Assembly: GCF_032191835.1 (NCBI RefSeq)
Contig: NC_083237.1
Location: 29,946,001 to 30,010,000, forward strand
Length of the DNA: 64,000 bases
Direction of reading: 5' to 3'
DNA from: Heteronotia binoei
Taxonomy: Eukaryota
Both the position numbers and the translations under genes were made by a program. This document shows, piece by piece, positions 10,701-21,127 of the stretch. Position 1 is the stretch's first letter. Each line of letters starts with the position of its first letter. The notes below the pieces were generated by a model. That model did not search any database. It was given only the letters and a program-made list of their open reading frames with translations, and was not told where the DNA came from.

Positions 10701-11670
10701 AAAACACCCTGTGAGGTAGGTGGGGCTGAGAGAACTCTTACAGCAGCTGCCCTTTCAAGGACAACTGAGATAGCTATGGCCAACCCAAGGCCATTCCAGC
10801 AGGTGCAAGTGGAGGAGTGGAGAATCCTGGTTGCTGTCATTAGATTTTCAGGGAACTTTTGTGGGATTTGTGCATCTCACTGTTCATTATCCAGGATCAT
10901 GTTCTCTTCTTACAGCTCTCCCAAGCCTTCAAGTCTTCACAGGGGTGTCACAGAACACTCTTGAGGTGCTGGAGTGCCTGGTGAGTGGATTTTACCCCCA
11001 CGATGTTCAAGTTCATTGGCTGCAAAATGGGGTGCCCCAACAGCAGGTAGAGTCTAGAGAACCCCAAACACTGCCTAATGGGACATTCCGCATGCGGAGC
11101 ATGATCCGGCCCGAAGAGGTGGACCCTGGAGTCAGCTACGTCTGCCAGGTGCAACACAATGCATGGGACAAGCCGCTGGAAATGAGAGCCCACTGGCAAC
11201 CGAAAGATGAAGTTGAAGGAGTTTCTTGCCCTACACCTCAGCACCCCCCGAGTTCAGGGACAGAAGGAACACCTCATTCATGCTCACCCACACCTGTCCC
11301 TACATCTCCAACTTCTGCTACAGGAACCGTTGTTTGGCCTTGGATAGTATTCACACTCGGATCGATGCTTTTCGTTGCAGGTGGAATAATGCTGTATATG
11401 GCTTTTAAGAAAGGTGAGTTGGTATTTCTGCAAGGGATTGGGATTGTGGGTTTGGGATAGTGAGGGTAGTGGTGGGCAGCAGAACTAGTGAATGGGCTGT
11501 GTGGATGTTGCAAATCACAGTGCTAACTTTCTCCCCCACCTCCCTTTGTAGGCAAGAATAAGTCGTATCCAGATACCAAAAGGAACAGCCACCTGGATCC
11601 TGAATCAGTACAATGCATGACGAAGCCAGAAAATGACTATATCCCTGACTATACAGGTACATCGATGTGA
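4792..11670 (+). CDS. Ig-superfamily type I membrane protein, SP-IgV-IgC1-IgC1-stalk-TM-cytoplasmic tail (NCR3LG1/B7-H6-, tapasin- or SIRP-like); 5 coding exons, ~435 aa
   Basis: Exons 4792-4849 (gccgccATG; MRGSRRTFPCLLLLLQQSAW signal peptide; donor gtaagt), 6669-7001 (V: LPCNFS..LAVVWKRG..GDASLLLPQLQDSDSGVYTCVVIFTP), 9762-10061 (C1: VTCTISGFYPGDISVEWLKNG..FSCQVRH), 10916-11413 (C1: LECLVSGFYPHDVQVHWLQNG..NGTF..YVCQVQH, plus stalk and TM), 11552-11670 (tail ending TGA). All introns are GT-AG and phase 1, and the joined frame is open (1308 nt). The 3' end is less certain because of a possible donor at 11657. Confidence 0.9.
5227..5724 (+). mobile_element. hAT-type MITE (TAGGGTTGCCA TIR) nested in another MITE in IgSF intron 1
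   Basis: Termini TAAGGTTGCCAA/TTGGCAACCCTA with perfect 8-bp TSD ATTTTTCC. It splits a host element (~5120-5810) whose intact sibling is at ~35000-35190. Confidence 0.8.
6240..6340 (-). mobile_element. BovB/RTE LINE 3' fragment
   Basis: GTTGTTCAGTCACACAGTCG..GACTCTTTGCAACCCCATGGACC..ACGCCAGGCCCTCCTGTCTTCC. Confidence 0.65.
9452..9494 (-). ncRNA. Minimal type I hammerhead ribozyme motif (near-intact)
   Basis: Minus strand reads ACCU-CUGAGGA-U-GCCAG(ucacaguug)CUGGU-GAAA-CGU-C-AGGU: 4-bp helix I, complete core, 5-bp helix II with G10.1-U11.1 wobble, palindromic ACGU helix III and a GUC cleavage triplet. Confidence 0.7.
9554..9596 (+). ncRNA. Degenerate hammerhead ribozyme motif (sense copy)
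   Basis: AUCU-CCGAGGA-U-GCCAG(ucacaguag)CUGGC-GAAA-CAU-C-AGGU: U4>C in the core and loss of the helix III palindrome. Confidence 0.55.
10395..10570 (-). mobile_element. CR1 LINE 3' fragment
   Basis: CATAAGAACATAAGAGAAGCCATGTTGGATCAGGCC... Related fragments at ~38760-39150 (-), ~57310-57510 (-), ~27815-27960 (+) and ~16740-16900 (+). Confidence 0.6.
10607..10830 (-). mobile_element. Squam3-type SINE (5'-truncated)
   Basis: Reverse complement of the 34460 and 50488 copies. Confidence 0.7.
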
Positions 11671-12206
11671 AGCCCTTTTGTGTTACCTCAGTAATTTGCT
11701 GAGACAGACTGCTTCACTGAATCAAGAGGGGTGCAGTTAACAGACTCTATGCATCTGTGGCTCCTTATTCAGCAAGCTGTTTTGGTGGCATGTGAAGTGC
11801 TGGAATTGGGTGGCTAGCTTCTGACATCCTGCAGTGATTGCAAATCTATTAGCCCTGGACAATTCAAAGGGCAGCTGTCTTTGGAGTTAAAGGTGTCCTT
11901 CTGTGACCCAAAGGAACTAGATTTGTTCCTAGCAGTACTCGATCGATGAGGGTAAATTTCATTTGTGTTTTGTTTTTATTTTAAAATATGCAATGGATAT
12001 TTTAATATTGGCCTTCTATATTTCAGAACTCAGTCTTGAAATTATCCTTTTTTTAAAAAAAGGGGGTTGCAGCAACAAGCTAAAGTAATCTCAATGCATT
12101 TTGAGACAATGTTAATTATAATCTTCTCAAGGGAAGTATATCAGGCTGTCCCCCCCTGCCCCCCCTAAAACCTCATCAAACTCCTAAGATTCCAGGAGAA
12201 ACTGTG

Positions 12207-12470
12207 GAGAGCCAGCTTGGGGTAGTGGTTAGGAGTGGAAGACTCTATTCTGGAGGGTTTGATTTCCCCCCTGTTCTTCTCCACATGAAAACAGCTGGAT
12301 GACCTTGGGTCAGTCACAGTTCTCAGAACTCTCTCAGCCCCACCTATCTCACAGGGTGGGGAGATGTCTGTTGTGGGGAGATGGAGGGAAGGCGATTGTA
12401 AGCTGCTCTGAGACTCCTTCGGGTAGTGAAGAATGGAGTATAACCCCCCCCCCCCAACTATTCATCTTCT
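12207..12470 (+). mobile_element. Squam3-type SINE (older subfamily)
   Basis: GAGAGCCAGCTTGGGGTAGTGGTTAGG head, CTCAGCCCCACCTATCTCACAGGG core, GGCGATTGTAAGCTGCTCTGAGAC tail. Confidence 0.7.
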
Positions 12471-13851
12471 GTTCAGAATAAAGTAAAACACCTCCATAAG
12501 GGGCCAGACTAGACCATATGTTTTCCCATGAATTGGGTCAGGGTTTTTAACAGTCTTCTAAATAGTCACATGGCAGTTGCTGGGAACACAGTGTGCTGGG
12601 ACTCAACCTGGAGAGGATTCAGGAACCCAGCTTGTGGGAAAATGTGTTGCTTGGACCTAGGAGATACCGGATTTTGAGTCTTCACAAGCAATTAGGAAAA
12701 GTTTGTTCAACCGTCCCTCCCACTACCTTCAGCTTTACTTAGCAGCAGAAGCAGAACCCTTTCTACTGTCCTGTGGTGAAGAAGAACCCAGTCATATGGA
12801 AGTGTTTAGCATGCACATCATATATGCCTCCCTCCCCGGTGTAAATGTCAGCTTTTGAAAAGTAGCCAAGACCCTCATTTTTATGAAGACTTTGGAGTCA
12901 ATGGACTTACAGCCCTGTACATACAATGTGCATCAAGCAAAATCATGCCACAAGTCCTGCCCCTTAACCTCTGCATATTTCTGCTCGTCATTGGCACAGA
13001 GACTTCTGCAGACTCCGTGGGCATAAGTTCTGTCAATCTGCAGCACTCCAGGCAGCATGGATGCTCGCACTGTGCAGTTTGTAGGCATACAGACTCTGCC
13101 AAAGTAGGACTGAACCTAGTTAAGTGGAAGGTGAGAGCCCCAGTCCAACTTGTGTCTCTTGTACCTGCAGACGTAGCAGATTCATAGGTTTTTAAAAAAC
13201 ATTTGCTGTTTCTACTCAGTGGATGTATTTTTATACATCCTACAGTGTGGTTTGTTTAAAGCATGGTCTCTTGTGTGCCTCACCATTGGTTCATCTGTTC
13301 TAGTTAACCTGCTCTCCTGCCTCCAAGCATAATCCCTGGAGTCTCCCAAGCTCCCTTGTATTGCCTGACTGCTGACAGAGCTTCAGTTTGTATACTGTCC
13401 GCTTGGGTTTCCGTAAATGGGAAGGAAATGGGCAAGGAAGCCTAAAGCAAGTCAAACCTTGGCTAAACAAGATCTGCTCTTCCTGTTTAGCTGCTTTCAT
13501 GCAGCAGGGTTATTGTGAACTCCTTTCAGCTGTTTGCAGTATTGTAACTGAAATGCCTTCTGTTGTGTATGTTGGTAATAAAATAATGTGATCAAGAACT
13601 TTTGTCTTAGAACCTCCCATTTGGAGAAGATGGAATTACACAGGCGGGGTGGGGGGGGGCAAAAGAGTGAAAGCAGAAGGAGGGAGGGGTTGTTGTGACA
13701 AAGCCCCCTGATGACTGAATGCAGGTGGAGTGGCTTGGATTTTCCTGTTGCTCTGGTCAGCCTCCTCTGGATGCAGGAGGCTGAGCAGAGCAGTGCTACT
13801 GAATAAAGGCTTTCTGCATTTGGATGGTCCAACAACCACAATCAGTACTAA

Positions 13852-14117
13852 CAGGGCTTTTTTTGAGCAGGAACACAATTCCAGATGGCTTGGTGTCAGG
13901 AGGTGTGGCCTCAAGTGCAAATGAGTCCCTGCTGGGCTTTTTCTTTAAAAAGCCCTACATGAAACAATGGTGATGTCAAGGAGTGTGGCCTAATATGCAA
14001 ATGAGTTCCTGCTGGGCATTTTCTTTTAGAAAGCCCTACGTGAAACAATGGCTATGTCAAGGGGTGTGGCCTAATATGCAAATGAGTTCCTGCTGGGCTT
14101 TTCCTACCAAAACCCTG
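13852..14117. mobile_element. hAT-like MITE with internal tandem units carrying ATGCAAAT octamers
   Basis: CAGGGCTTTTTT...AAAACCCTG; TSD AGTACTAA/AGTACTAG; three ~80-bp units GGTGTGGCCTAATATGCAAATGAG. Confidence 0.7.
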
Positions 14118-14771
14118 AGTACTAGGCACAGTGAACAAGCCCGTTGGAAGCGATGCATCAGAATCTTACTTTAGCACCTGACAACAAATCACCGTTCACT
14201 AGGCAATCATCGTTAAACAAATTTAATCAAGCCATGTCTTTATAAACATTGGTTTACCACAAGACTTTTAGGATGCTGTCAAGACTGAAGCAATTAAAAG
14301 GATTCACCCACTGCTGCCTCAAAACCAGCATCCAGCTGAATGCACATACATGTTGTGCTCCATTCACTTGAATGCAGAAGTGTTGTGCTTTCACCCCTTT
14401 AACCAATTTAACAAGGAAATGTCAAAACAGGAAATTGAGGGAGGGGTATGGGAGTGACTTTTTAAAAATATCTGTGGTAAATGCCACCCTCAAGTCACCT
14501 GGCTTGGGTGCACCCAAGTGCAACAGCTGACTAGCTTGATGTGCCTACGTCTCCCTCCTCTGGTAAGCTGCAACTTTGGTGGCACATCAGGTGCTGGAGT
14601 CTGGCTGTCAGCATCTCCAGTTCAAAGTGCATGATTTATATCTTGGAGTACAATAAAACCACCTTTAAGACTGGGAGAGTGCTACTGCTTTTTCTGCTCA
14701 GTAGAATAGCTCTATAGTAGGTATTGCTAACTGGTTCTAATAGAAATATGTTTACACTGTCACTGATTCTT

Positions 14772-14885
14772 CTGCAAGCACATGAAAGCTGATACCCAGA
14801 ATAGCACCTTGTTGGTCTTAAAGGTGCCACTAGACTCAAACTTTGTTCTGCTGTTTCAGACCAACATGGCTACCTACCTGAACCA
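14772..14885 (+). mobile_element. Penelope-like pLTR fragment (truncated)
   Basis: GAAAGCTGATACC..GTTGGTCTTAAAGGTGCCACTAGACTC..GACCAACATGGCTACC matches the other copies. Confidence 0.55.
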
Positions 14886-14982
14886 TTTCTTATGTATGAC
14901 TAGATATAAGCAGTGAAGCCTGAAGTGGAAAAAATGCCATATTTCTTTAACAGAGGCTGAATGGGATGCTACTTAGCATCAT

Positions 14983-15225
14983 GAGAGCCAGCATGGTGTA
15001 GTGGTGAACAGCCGTGGACTCTGACTTGGAGAACTGGGTTTGATTCCCTACTCTTCCTCCATGTAAAGCCTGCTGGGTGACCTTGGGCCTGTCACAGGGC
15101 TCTCAACTCTCTCATCTTCACCATCCTCACAAGGTGCCTGTTGTGGGAAGCAGAAGGCGATTGTAAGCCACTTAGAGACTCCTTAGGTTAGAGAAAAATG
15201 GGGTATTAAAAACTCTTACTCTTCA
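14983..15225 (+). mobile_element. Squam3-type SINE
   Basis: GAGAGCCAGCATGGTGTAGTGGTG head, GGGTTTGATTCCC B-box, GGCGATTGTAAGCCACTTAGAGAC tail. Confidence 0.7.
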
Positions 15226-16914
15226 CGTCATGTAAAACTTCAGCTGCCCATTTCCCTACATAAAGCCTTAGCAGTTGGCAGCCAGCCCTAGTCAGAGAAC
15301 TTCTATAGAGGTAAGAGAGATTTTTGGAGGCTTTACATGTTTTAACATCTGGTTCTGAGTTTGAGCAGCAACAAGCCTACAGTATAATTTTAAAAATTGT
15401 AAACATTTCCAGTAGCTGGACAAATACATTCAAAACAGCAACTAAATATCAATAGTTTACAAAATTAATAGTGCAATCCCAAACTGAGCCTTTAACAGTG
15501 GCATGCCCAGCAGAACACAACCAATGCTTCCTCTAACTATTGCCTCTCCAGGTTAGAATTTTTTTTTGAATTTGTGATGACCTAGGAAGTTTTTGAATCC
15601 CTAAAGCCAGGGGGAAAGCCATTTTGTACAAGGGAAAATCCCAGGCTTCTCTCATGATACGCCGCTAGAACAAAAGAAGTTCTTTGCTCTGCAAATAAAA
15701 AGGCAAAGGTAGTCTTGTGTGCTAGCACTGAGTCGTTATGGACAGATCTCCACCCCACCCCTCTTCATAACACAGAAGGAGTTAACGGATACACATGGAC
15801 AATAACCATGCGGGCCACAGGAGACTGCAGTGAGGAGGGGAAGTTGGCAACATCCCATTATTTCTTCTGCCAGTGATACTTCCCTTGGTGCAAGAAGTTC
15901 TCCTTGTGCAAGGCCAGTGTCCAGGCAGTTCTGCCTCCTGGCTGGCCTGCGCAGCTTCTTGTTAATCCTGAATCTCCATTAGCTTTTCAGGGGTCTCAGG
16001 GGCTTGCTGGGAAGGCAGGAAGGAGTTGTATTAGTGATGCTTTTACCCTTCAAAAGATCTAATTGAAATGGGTTTTTTTGTTTCATTTGTACTGATTTGT
16101 TTCCCCACAAAGTGTATTATTGTTAAACAGGAACCAAAAAATTATCTTCTAATCTGTTCAGAAAGGGACAGTAAAGTCTCTATGTGTGACTCAACAGTAA
16201 AGAGACCTTGGAGTGATGGTCAATATGAAATGCCAGTTCAGTGTGTGATAGAAGACAGGGCATATTAAATTTCAGACATTATTAGAAAAGGAACTGAAAT
16301 CAAATGGTCACTACCTTAATGACCTCCTGTACATATGAGGTAGCTGCATTTAATAAACTGTGCATGCTTCCAATCACCTAATCTCAAAAAGAATACCATA
16401 AAGCTCAAAACTAAGGTTGTCATCTCCAGGTTGGAAAATACGTGGAGATTTTGGGGGTGCAGACTAAGGAGGGTCGAGTTGGGGGAGGGGCAGAACTTCA
16501 ATGGGGTGCAATGCCACAAAGTCCATCTTCCAAAGCAGCCGTTTTCTCCAGGTGAACTGATGTCTATTGCTTGCAGATCAGTTGCAATCCCAGGAAAGCT
16601 CCAGCCACCACCTGGAGACTGGCAGTCCTACTCAAAGCACAGAAGAAAAACGTGACCTAGAACATACTAAGAGGACCATGATAGAGGTTTCCAAAGCATA
16701 TGAACATGGAAATAATTTCTCTGTCTTTTAATGTGAAAATTCTGGGCCACCCAATGAAGTTAGTGGACAGCAGAAGCAGATACAGAAGATTATTTGGATT
16801 TTTTTCCACATAATGCATAATTAACATGAAGAATTCACTGCTCCAAGATGTAGCAGTGGCTATTAGCTTAAATGCAGTAAGAAATGGACCAATTCAGGGA
16901 AGATAGATCCAGAA

Positions 16915-17372
16915 ACACTGATCCAGGTGGGTAGCCATGTTGGTCTGAAGCAACAGAATAAAGAGTCCAGTGGCACCTTTAAGACCAACAGTTTTACCAC
17001 AAAAAATACTGTTTGTTACCTTCACAGTTGATGGGAGACAGATGGGGCATTGTAAAGGAAACTCAGAAACCCACAATTAGAAAAGATTCTCTTACACACT
17101 TATCTCCTGTTTTGACATATTTATTGCTTGAACTGTTGTTCCCCCTCAATTGGATCCATACAGCTATTGACCATGTACACTTGCTTGTTCTCCCTGTTGT
17201 CTCAAACTGTCGACAGCGTGTTATATGCTAATTTGTATTTCAACCCTGTCTATAAATTTGTATAACTTTCTTCTATTTCATTGTATCTGAAGTGTGTGTG
17301 TACACTTGAAAGCTTATGCCTTGAATAAAACTTCATTGGTCTTACAGGTGCCACTGGACTCTAACTTTATTT
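16915..17372 (+). mobile_element. Penelope-like element remnant with oppositely oriented terminal fragments
   Basis: 16925-16990 (GGTAGCCATGTTGGTCTG..GAGTCCAGTGGCACCTTTAAGACCAAC) is inverted relative to 17283-17372 (GTATCTGAAG..GAAAGCTTATGCC..GGTGCCACTGGACTC). Confidence 0.55.
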
Positions 17373-19312
17373 TATCACAAATACAGTTTTTGGAACAACC
17401 CTACATTTATTCCCAGTCTCAGTCAAGGAATTAGCAAGCCAATCGGGGTGTACTTGATCAATTTTGTTATGTTTGCCTGGTACTTGGATCTACTTCGGCT
17501 GCAACAGCACATGTTTTTAATTGGGACCACTGCTACAAAAGCTGATCTCTATTCTACAAAGATCTAGGTAGCAACATGTAGTCATTTCAAACATATGCAG
17601 CTTGCACTTCACAATTGGGGACAAGAAAAAAATGTTTCTTGTTTAGTATTTAGAGCACTGCACATTGAAATATGCTCTCAAGGGATAAGCAGTTGACTTT
17701 GTCAGGAGAGGCAGTTTGGTGTAATGGTTAAGTGCCTGGACTCTAATCTGGGAGAACTGGGTTTGACAAAACCCACCCCCCCCAACAAGGTCTACATATT
17801 TAGCTCAAAAAAAAAAAGAGCACATGTAATGCTTTGGGGCCCTATTTTGTGGTTACTTTTTTCTGTTTGAATATATTGCCAAATAGATTTTTTAGAAGAA
17901 TTTTGATTGATTTATGTTAATTGATTGATTTAGCTGTTTTAAAATTGGCAATTTATCTTTTCTGTGGCTTTAAATTTATGACATTCATTTCTGTTAATAT
18001 GATAATATCCTTGCAGTATTATAGGCACTGGATGTATGGACATTAATTTTTTCATTTGTTACTGCTCCTCTCTTGTTTATAATGTTATTTTTTTAAAAAA
18101 AGGAATATATTCTCAAGGATTGGTTTACAATACTGTGGTATATTACCTGTTCATACTTTGGCTTAAGTGTGATTCCATCTATCAACACAAAATTAATCAT
18201 GATTTTCTGTGTTTTGCACAGTCAGTGCAGAATCTCCTGAGTCACCTAATCAGACAGAGTGAAGAGGAGATTGCTAATGCTTCCAAGGAAAAAAAATCCT
18301 TTGAGAATACCTTGGCGGATGTATGTGGTTTAATACTTATCCCCCATCAGAGGTCCTTTGCATTATATCCTATAATCAAGTACCTATGCCCAGCTCTGCA
18401 GTACAGGTTTATGTAAGTGGAGCGGTCAGAGGGCTGGGACAGGATTGGGAAAGTCACTTTCAAATCCTTGACTTGAAGCTTGTGGGTGACAGGAGAAGAG
18501 ACCAAGAAACATCTTCCTGATTTCTTTGGAGAAGAGATGGGATTTCCCAAGTCCTAAATAAATAAACCCAATTGCCCATAAGCACAATGGGGCAGTTGGG
18601 TAAGCGGAAACTGATGAATAGCTTTTCCCCCTTCAAATTCAATGGGAGTTGAAGGGAAAAGGGCTATTCATCGGTTTCGGCAGCCTCATGATAAAACAGA
18701 CCTTCCTCCAAATTTCAGCTAAACTTTCTTTCCAACTCCTACCCAAGCAAGGATGAAGTGGCCAGTTAGATATAAGCCAGATACAATCCGAAGTGTTACA
18801 GCCTATGGTCTCTTTCATGTGTACCCTCAGACTTCAGAACTTTGAATTTGGATTTTGGACATTCACCCTGGACCTTGATCAATTTGGGGGAATTAGGGAA
18901 AATCTCTTCTTCCTTCCACAGACTGGCTAGCTTGGAAAACTGATGCACTTGCCACCAATTAGTGGGAGTGGAACGTGTGGTTTAGGAATCTCTACCTGGA
19001 TCATGGTACGGAAGCTCTTAATGTGTCTAGTAGGTTACCAGTAACCCTGAAATAATCTTTATCTGTTCCAAAAGTTCAGAATTTATTGAGGGAATTATAG
19101 GGGTATAGGAATTGAAAAGGCAGTCAGGCATAAGAACCATGAAACTGCTGTGTTCAGGGGGATGTGTGTATGTGAATGGAAAGTGAAATGAGAGGTGTGA
19201 AAGGCAGCCAAGCCTCTGGCTGAGTGGGAACTCTGTCCCAGGAACAGCCACTAGGAAGAGAGAGAGAGTTAAAGAAGGGGAAAGGAAAAATGTTAAGAGA
19301 AAAGTATGACTC

Positions 19313-19648
19313 TGCTCCCGTTGCGCAGAGTGGTAAAGCTGCAGTACTGCAGTCCGAACTCTCTGCTCATGACCTGAGTTCGATCCCAGCGGAAGCTGGT
19401 TTCAGGTAGTTGGCTCAGGCTGACTCAGCCTTCCATCCTTCCGAGGTCGGTAAAATGAGTACCCAGCTTGCTGGGGGGAAAGTATAGATGACTGGGGAAG
19501 GCAATGTCAAACCACCCTGTAAAAAGTCTGCCGTGAAAAAGTTGCTCACCCCAGAGTCAGAAACAACTGGTGCTTGCACCTCTCATTTCACTTTCCATTC
19601 ACATACACACATCCCCCTGAACACAGCAGTTTACCTTTTTTTTTAATG
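19313..19648 (+). mobile_element. Sauria-type SINE (tRNA-like head, BovB-like tail)
   Basis: A/B-box-like head (GTTGCGCAGAGTGGTAAAG...GAGTTCGATCCC), core GACTCAGCCTTCCATCCTTCCGAGGTCGGTAAAATGAGTACCC, tail GGAAGGCAATGTCAAACCACCC. Confidence 0.75.
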
Positions 19649-21127
19649 AACAGAGAACGACCTAACCTATCTTCAATCTGCTCAGCAGGGTATGTTGTCC
19701 AGTGACTGAAAAACTGAGGGTAGGGGAGTTAGAGCTTCACAAGGTCCTAGGGAATGATCAACAGTGAAAGTGAGGGTGGGACACTTTGTGGCAAGGAAAC
19801 ATCTCAGAGACGACAAAGCAGAGTTTTCAGCTTCTGAGTGCCACTACATTTTGGCTTAGGTTGCTAACCTCCAGGTGGTGACTGGAGTTCTATTATAACT
19901 GATCTAGAAGTGATAGACATCAGTTCACCTAGATAAAATGGCTGTTTTGGAAGTTGGGCTCCATGGCATTATGCCCCCAACCCCACCCTCTCAGGCTCTA
20001 CCCTGCAAATCTCCAGGTATTTCCCAATCCAGAGCTGGCAGCTCTACTTGGGCTAGCAAAGCAGCAGTGGTTATAGCAGCCACTACAAAGAAATGCCAAA
20101 TACATAACAGTAAAGTCCAGGAATGTAGTCTGAGTCTAGGATGAGCGTCTATGGATTTCTTAGCTCTGACTGATTGGGAGGGGGGAGCCTTCCCAGAGGG
20201 GCAACAAAAGGTGATTTATCAGGCTGGGGAATATCCTGGGTGGACTAGACGGCTGGCAAGGTGGAAGCTTCATCCATGCATGAGGCAGGCTGGTAGGAGA
20301 AATTTAGGCAAAGTCAGTAAGTATTATTAAGCCCACTGGGCTGCTTGATTGTAACTAGATTTTGTACTCAGGAGGACCTGCATTTGCTGACAAAAGCAGA
20401 TTGATAGGACCCTATAGGGATGCCAGATAGGACCTGGAGATCCCCCAGAATTACATTTCCATCTCCAGGCTACAGAGATCAGTTCCCCTGGAGAAAATGG
20501 ATGCTTTGGAGGGTGGACTCCATGGAATTGTACTCCACTGAAGTTCCTGCCCTCCCCAGGCCCTACTCCTGAATCCTCTGGAGTTCCTCAAACTGGATCT
20601 GGCAACCTTTGTGGCAATGGGTAGACATGCAGATGCCCCATTAGTGAATCAGTCTCCCACCCAAGGTTGTGGTCACTTGTTAGCACAACCTGATTAAGGA
20701 GATGCATGAATTCACCTTCTCCAAAGTAGGGTTACCAATCTCCAGGTGGTGGCTGGACATCTCCTGGGGTTACCACTGATGTCCAGGTGACAGAACCTGA
20801 AGAACATGGCCACACTAGAAGGTGAACTGTTCTACTGCCAACTGAAAATTCACACCATGCATTTGATGCTTCAGTAAAGTTATTTTACAAAATGTCACAA
20901 GACTGCTTTTTTGGTTTTGCTACAGCCAATTACTACAATTATCCCACTGGAATGTTTGAAAGCTACAGATAGTGCAGCAATCGAGCTTAAAAATCTAACA
21001 AATAAATGCTATATCTATCTATCCTTTTTTAAAACTAAAAAAGTTTGCTCTCTTTCTCTCCTTTTTAAGCAAGACTGAAATAAAGACGCAATACTCCGCC
21101 TTTATTCACACACACAAACCCTGCACC

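Noticed and set aside
4792-11670. Calling the IgSF gene CD19, SIRPA, NCR3LG1 or TAPBP
   Set aside because: CD19 lacks C1-set domains and has a long tail. There are no ITIMs (SIRPA), there is an extra C1 domain (NCR3LG1), and there is no tapasin N-terminal domain or KKxx ER-retention end. No symbol is assigned without a phylogeny.
13852-14117. CRISPR-like repeat-spacer array
   Set aside because: Vertebrate DNA; the units are internal tandem repeats of a TIR/TSD-bounded MITE with no unique spacers.
18323-18520. ITIM-like ISYNQV as a tail exon of the IgSF gene
   Set aside because: It needs the weaker acceptor at 18350, overlaps the better-defined 18222-18412 unit, and has no supporting link to the gene 6.7 kb away. 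Likely chance.
19313-19395. tRNA gene (also the Squam3 heads)
   Set aside because: A/B boxes are present but there is no complete cloverleaf, and the sequence runs into the SINE body.
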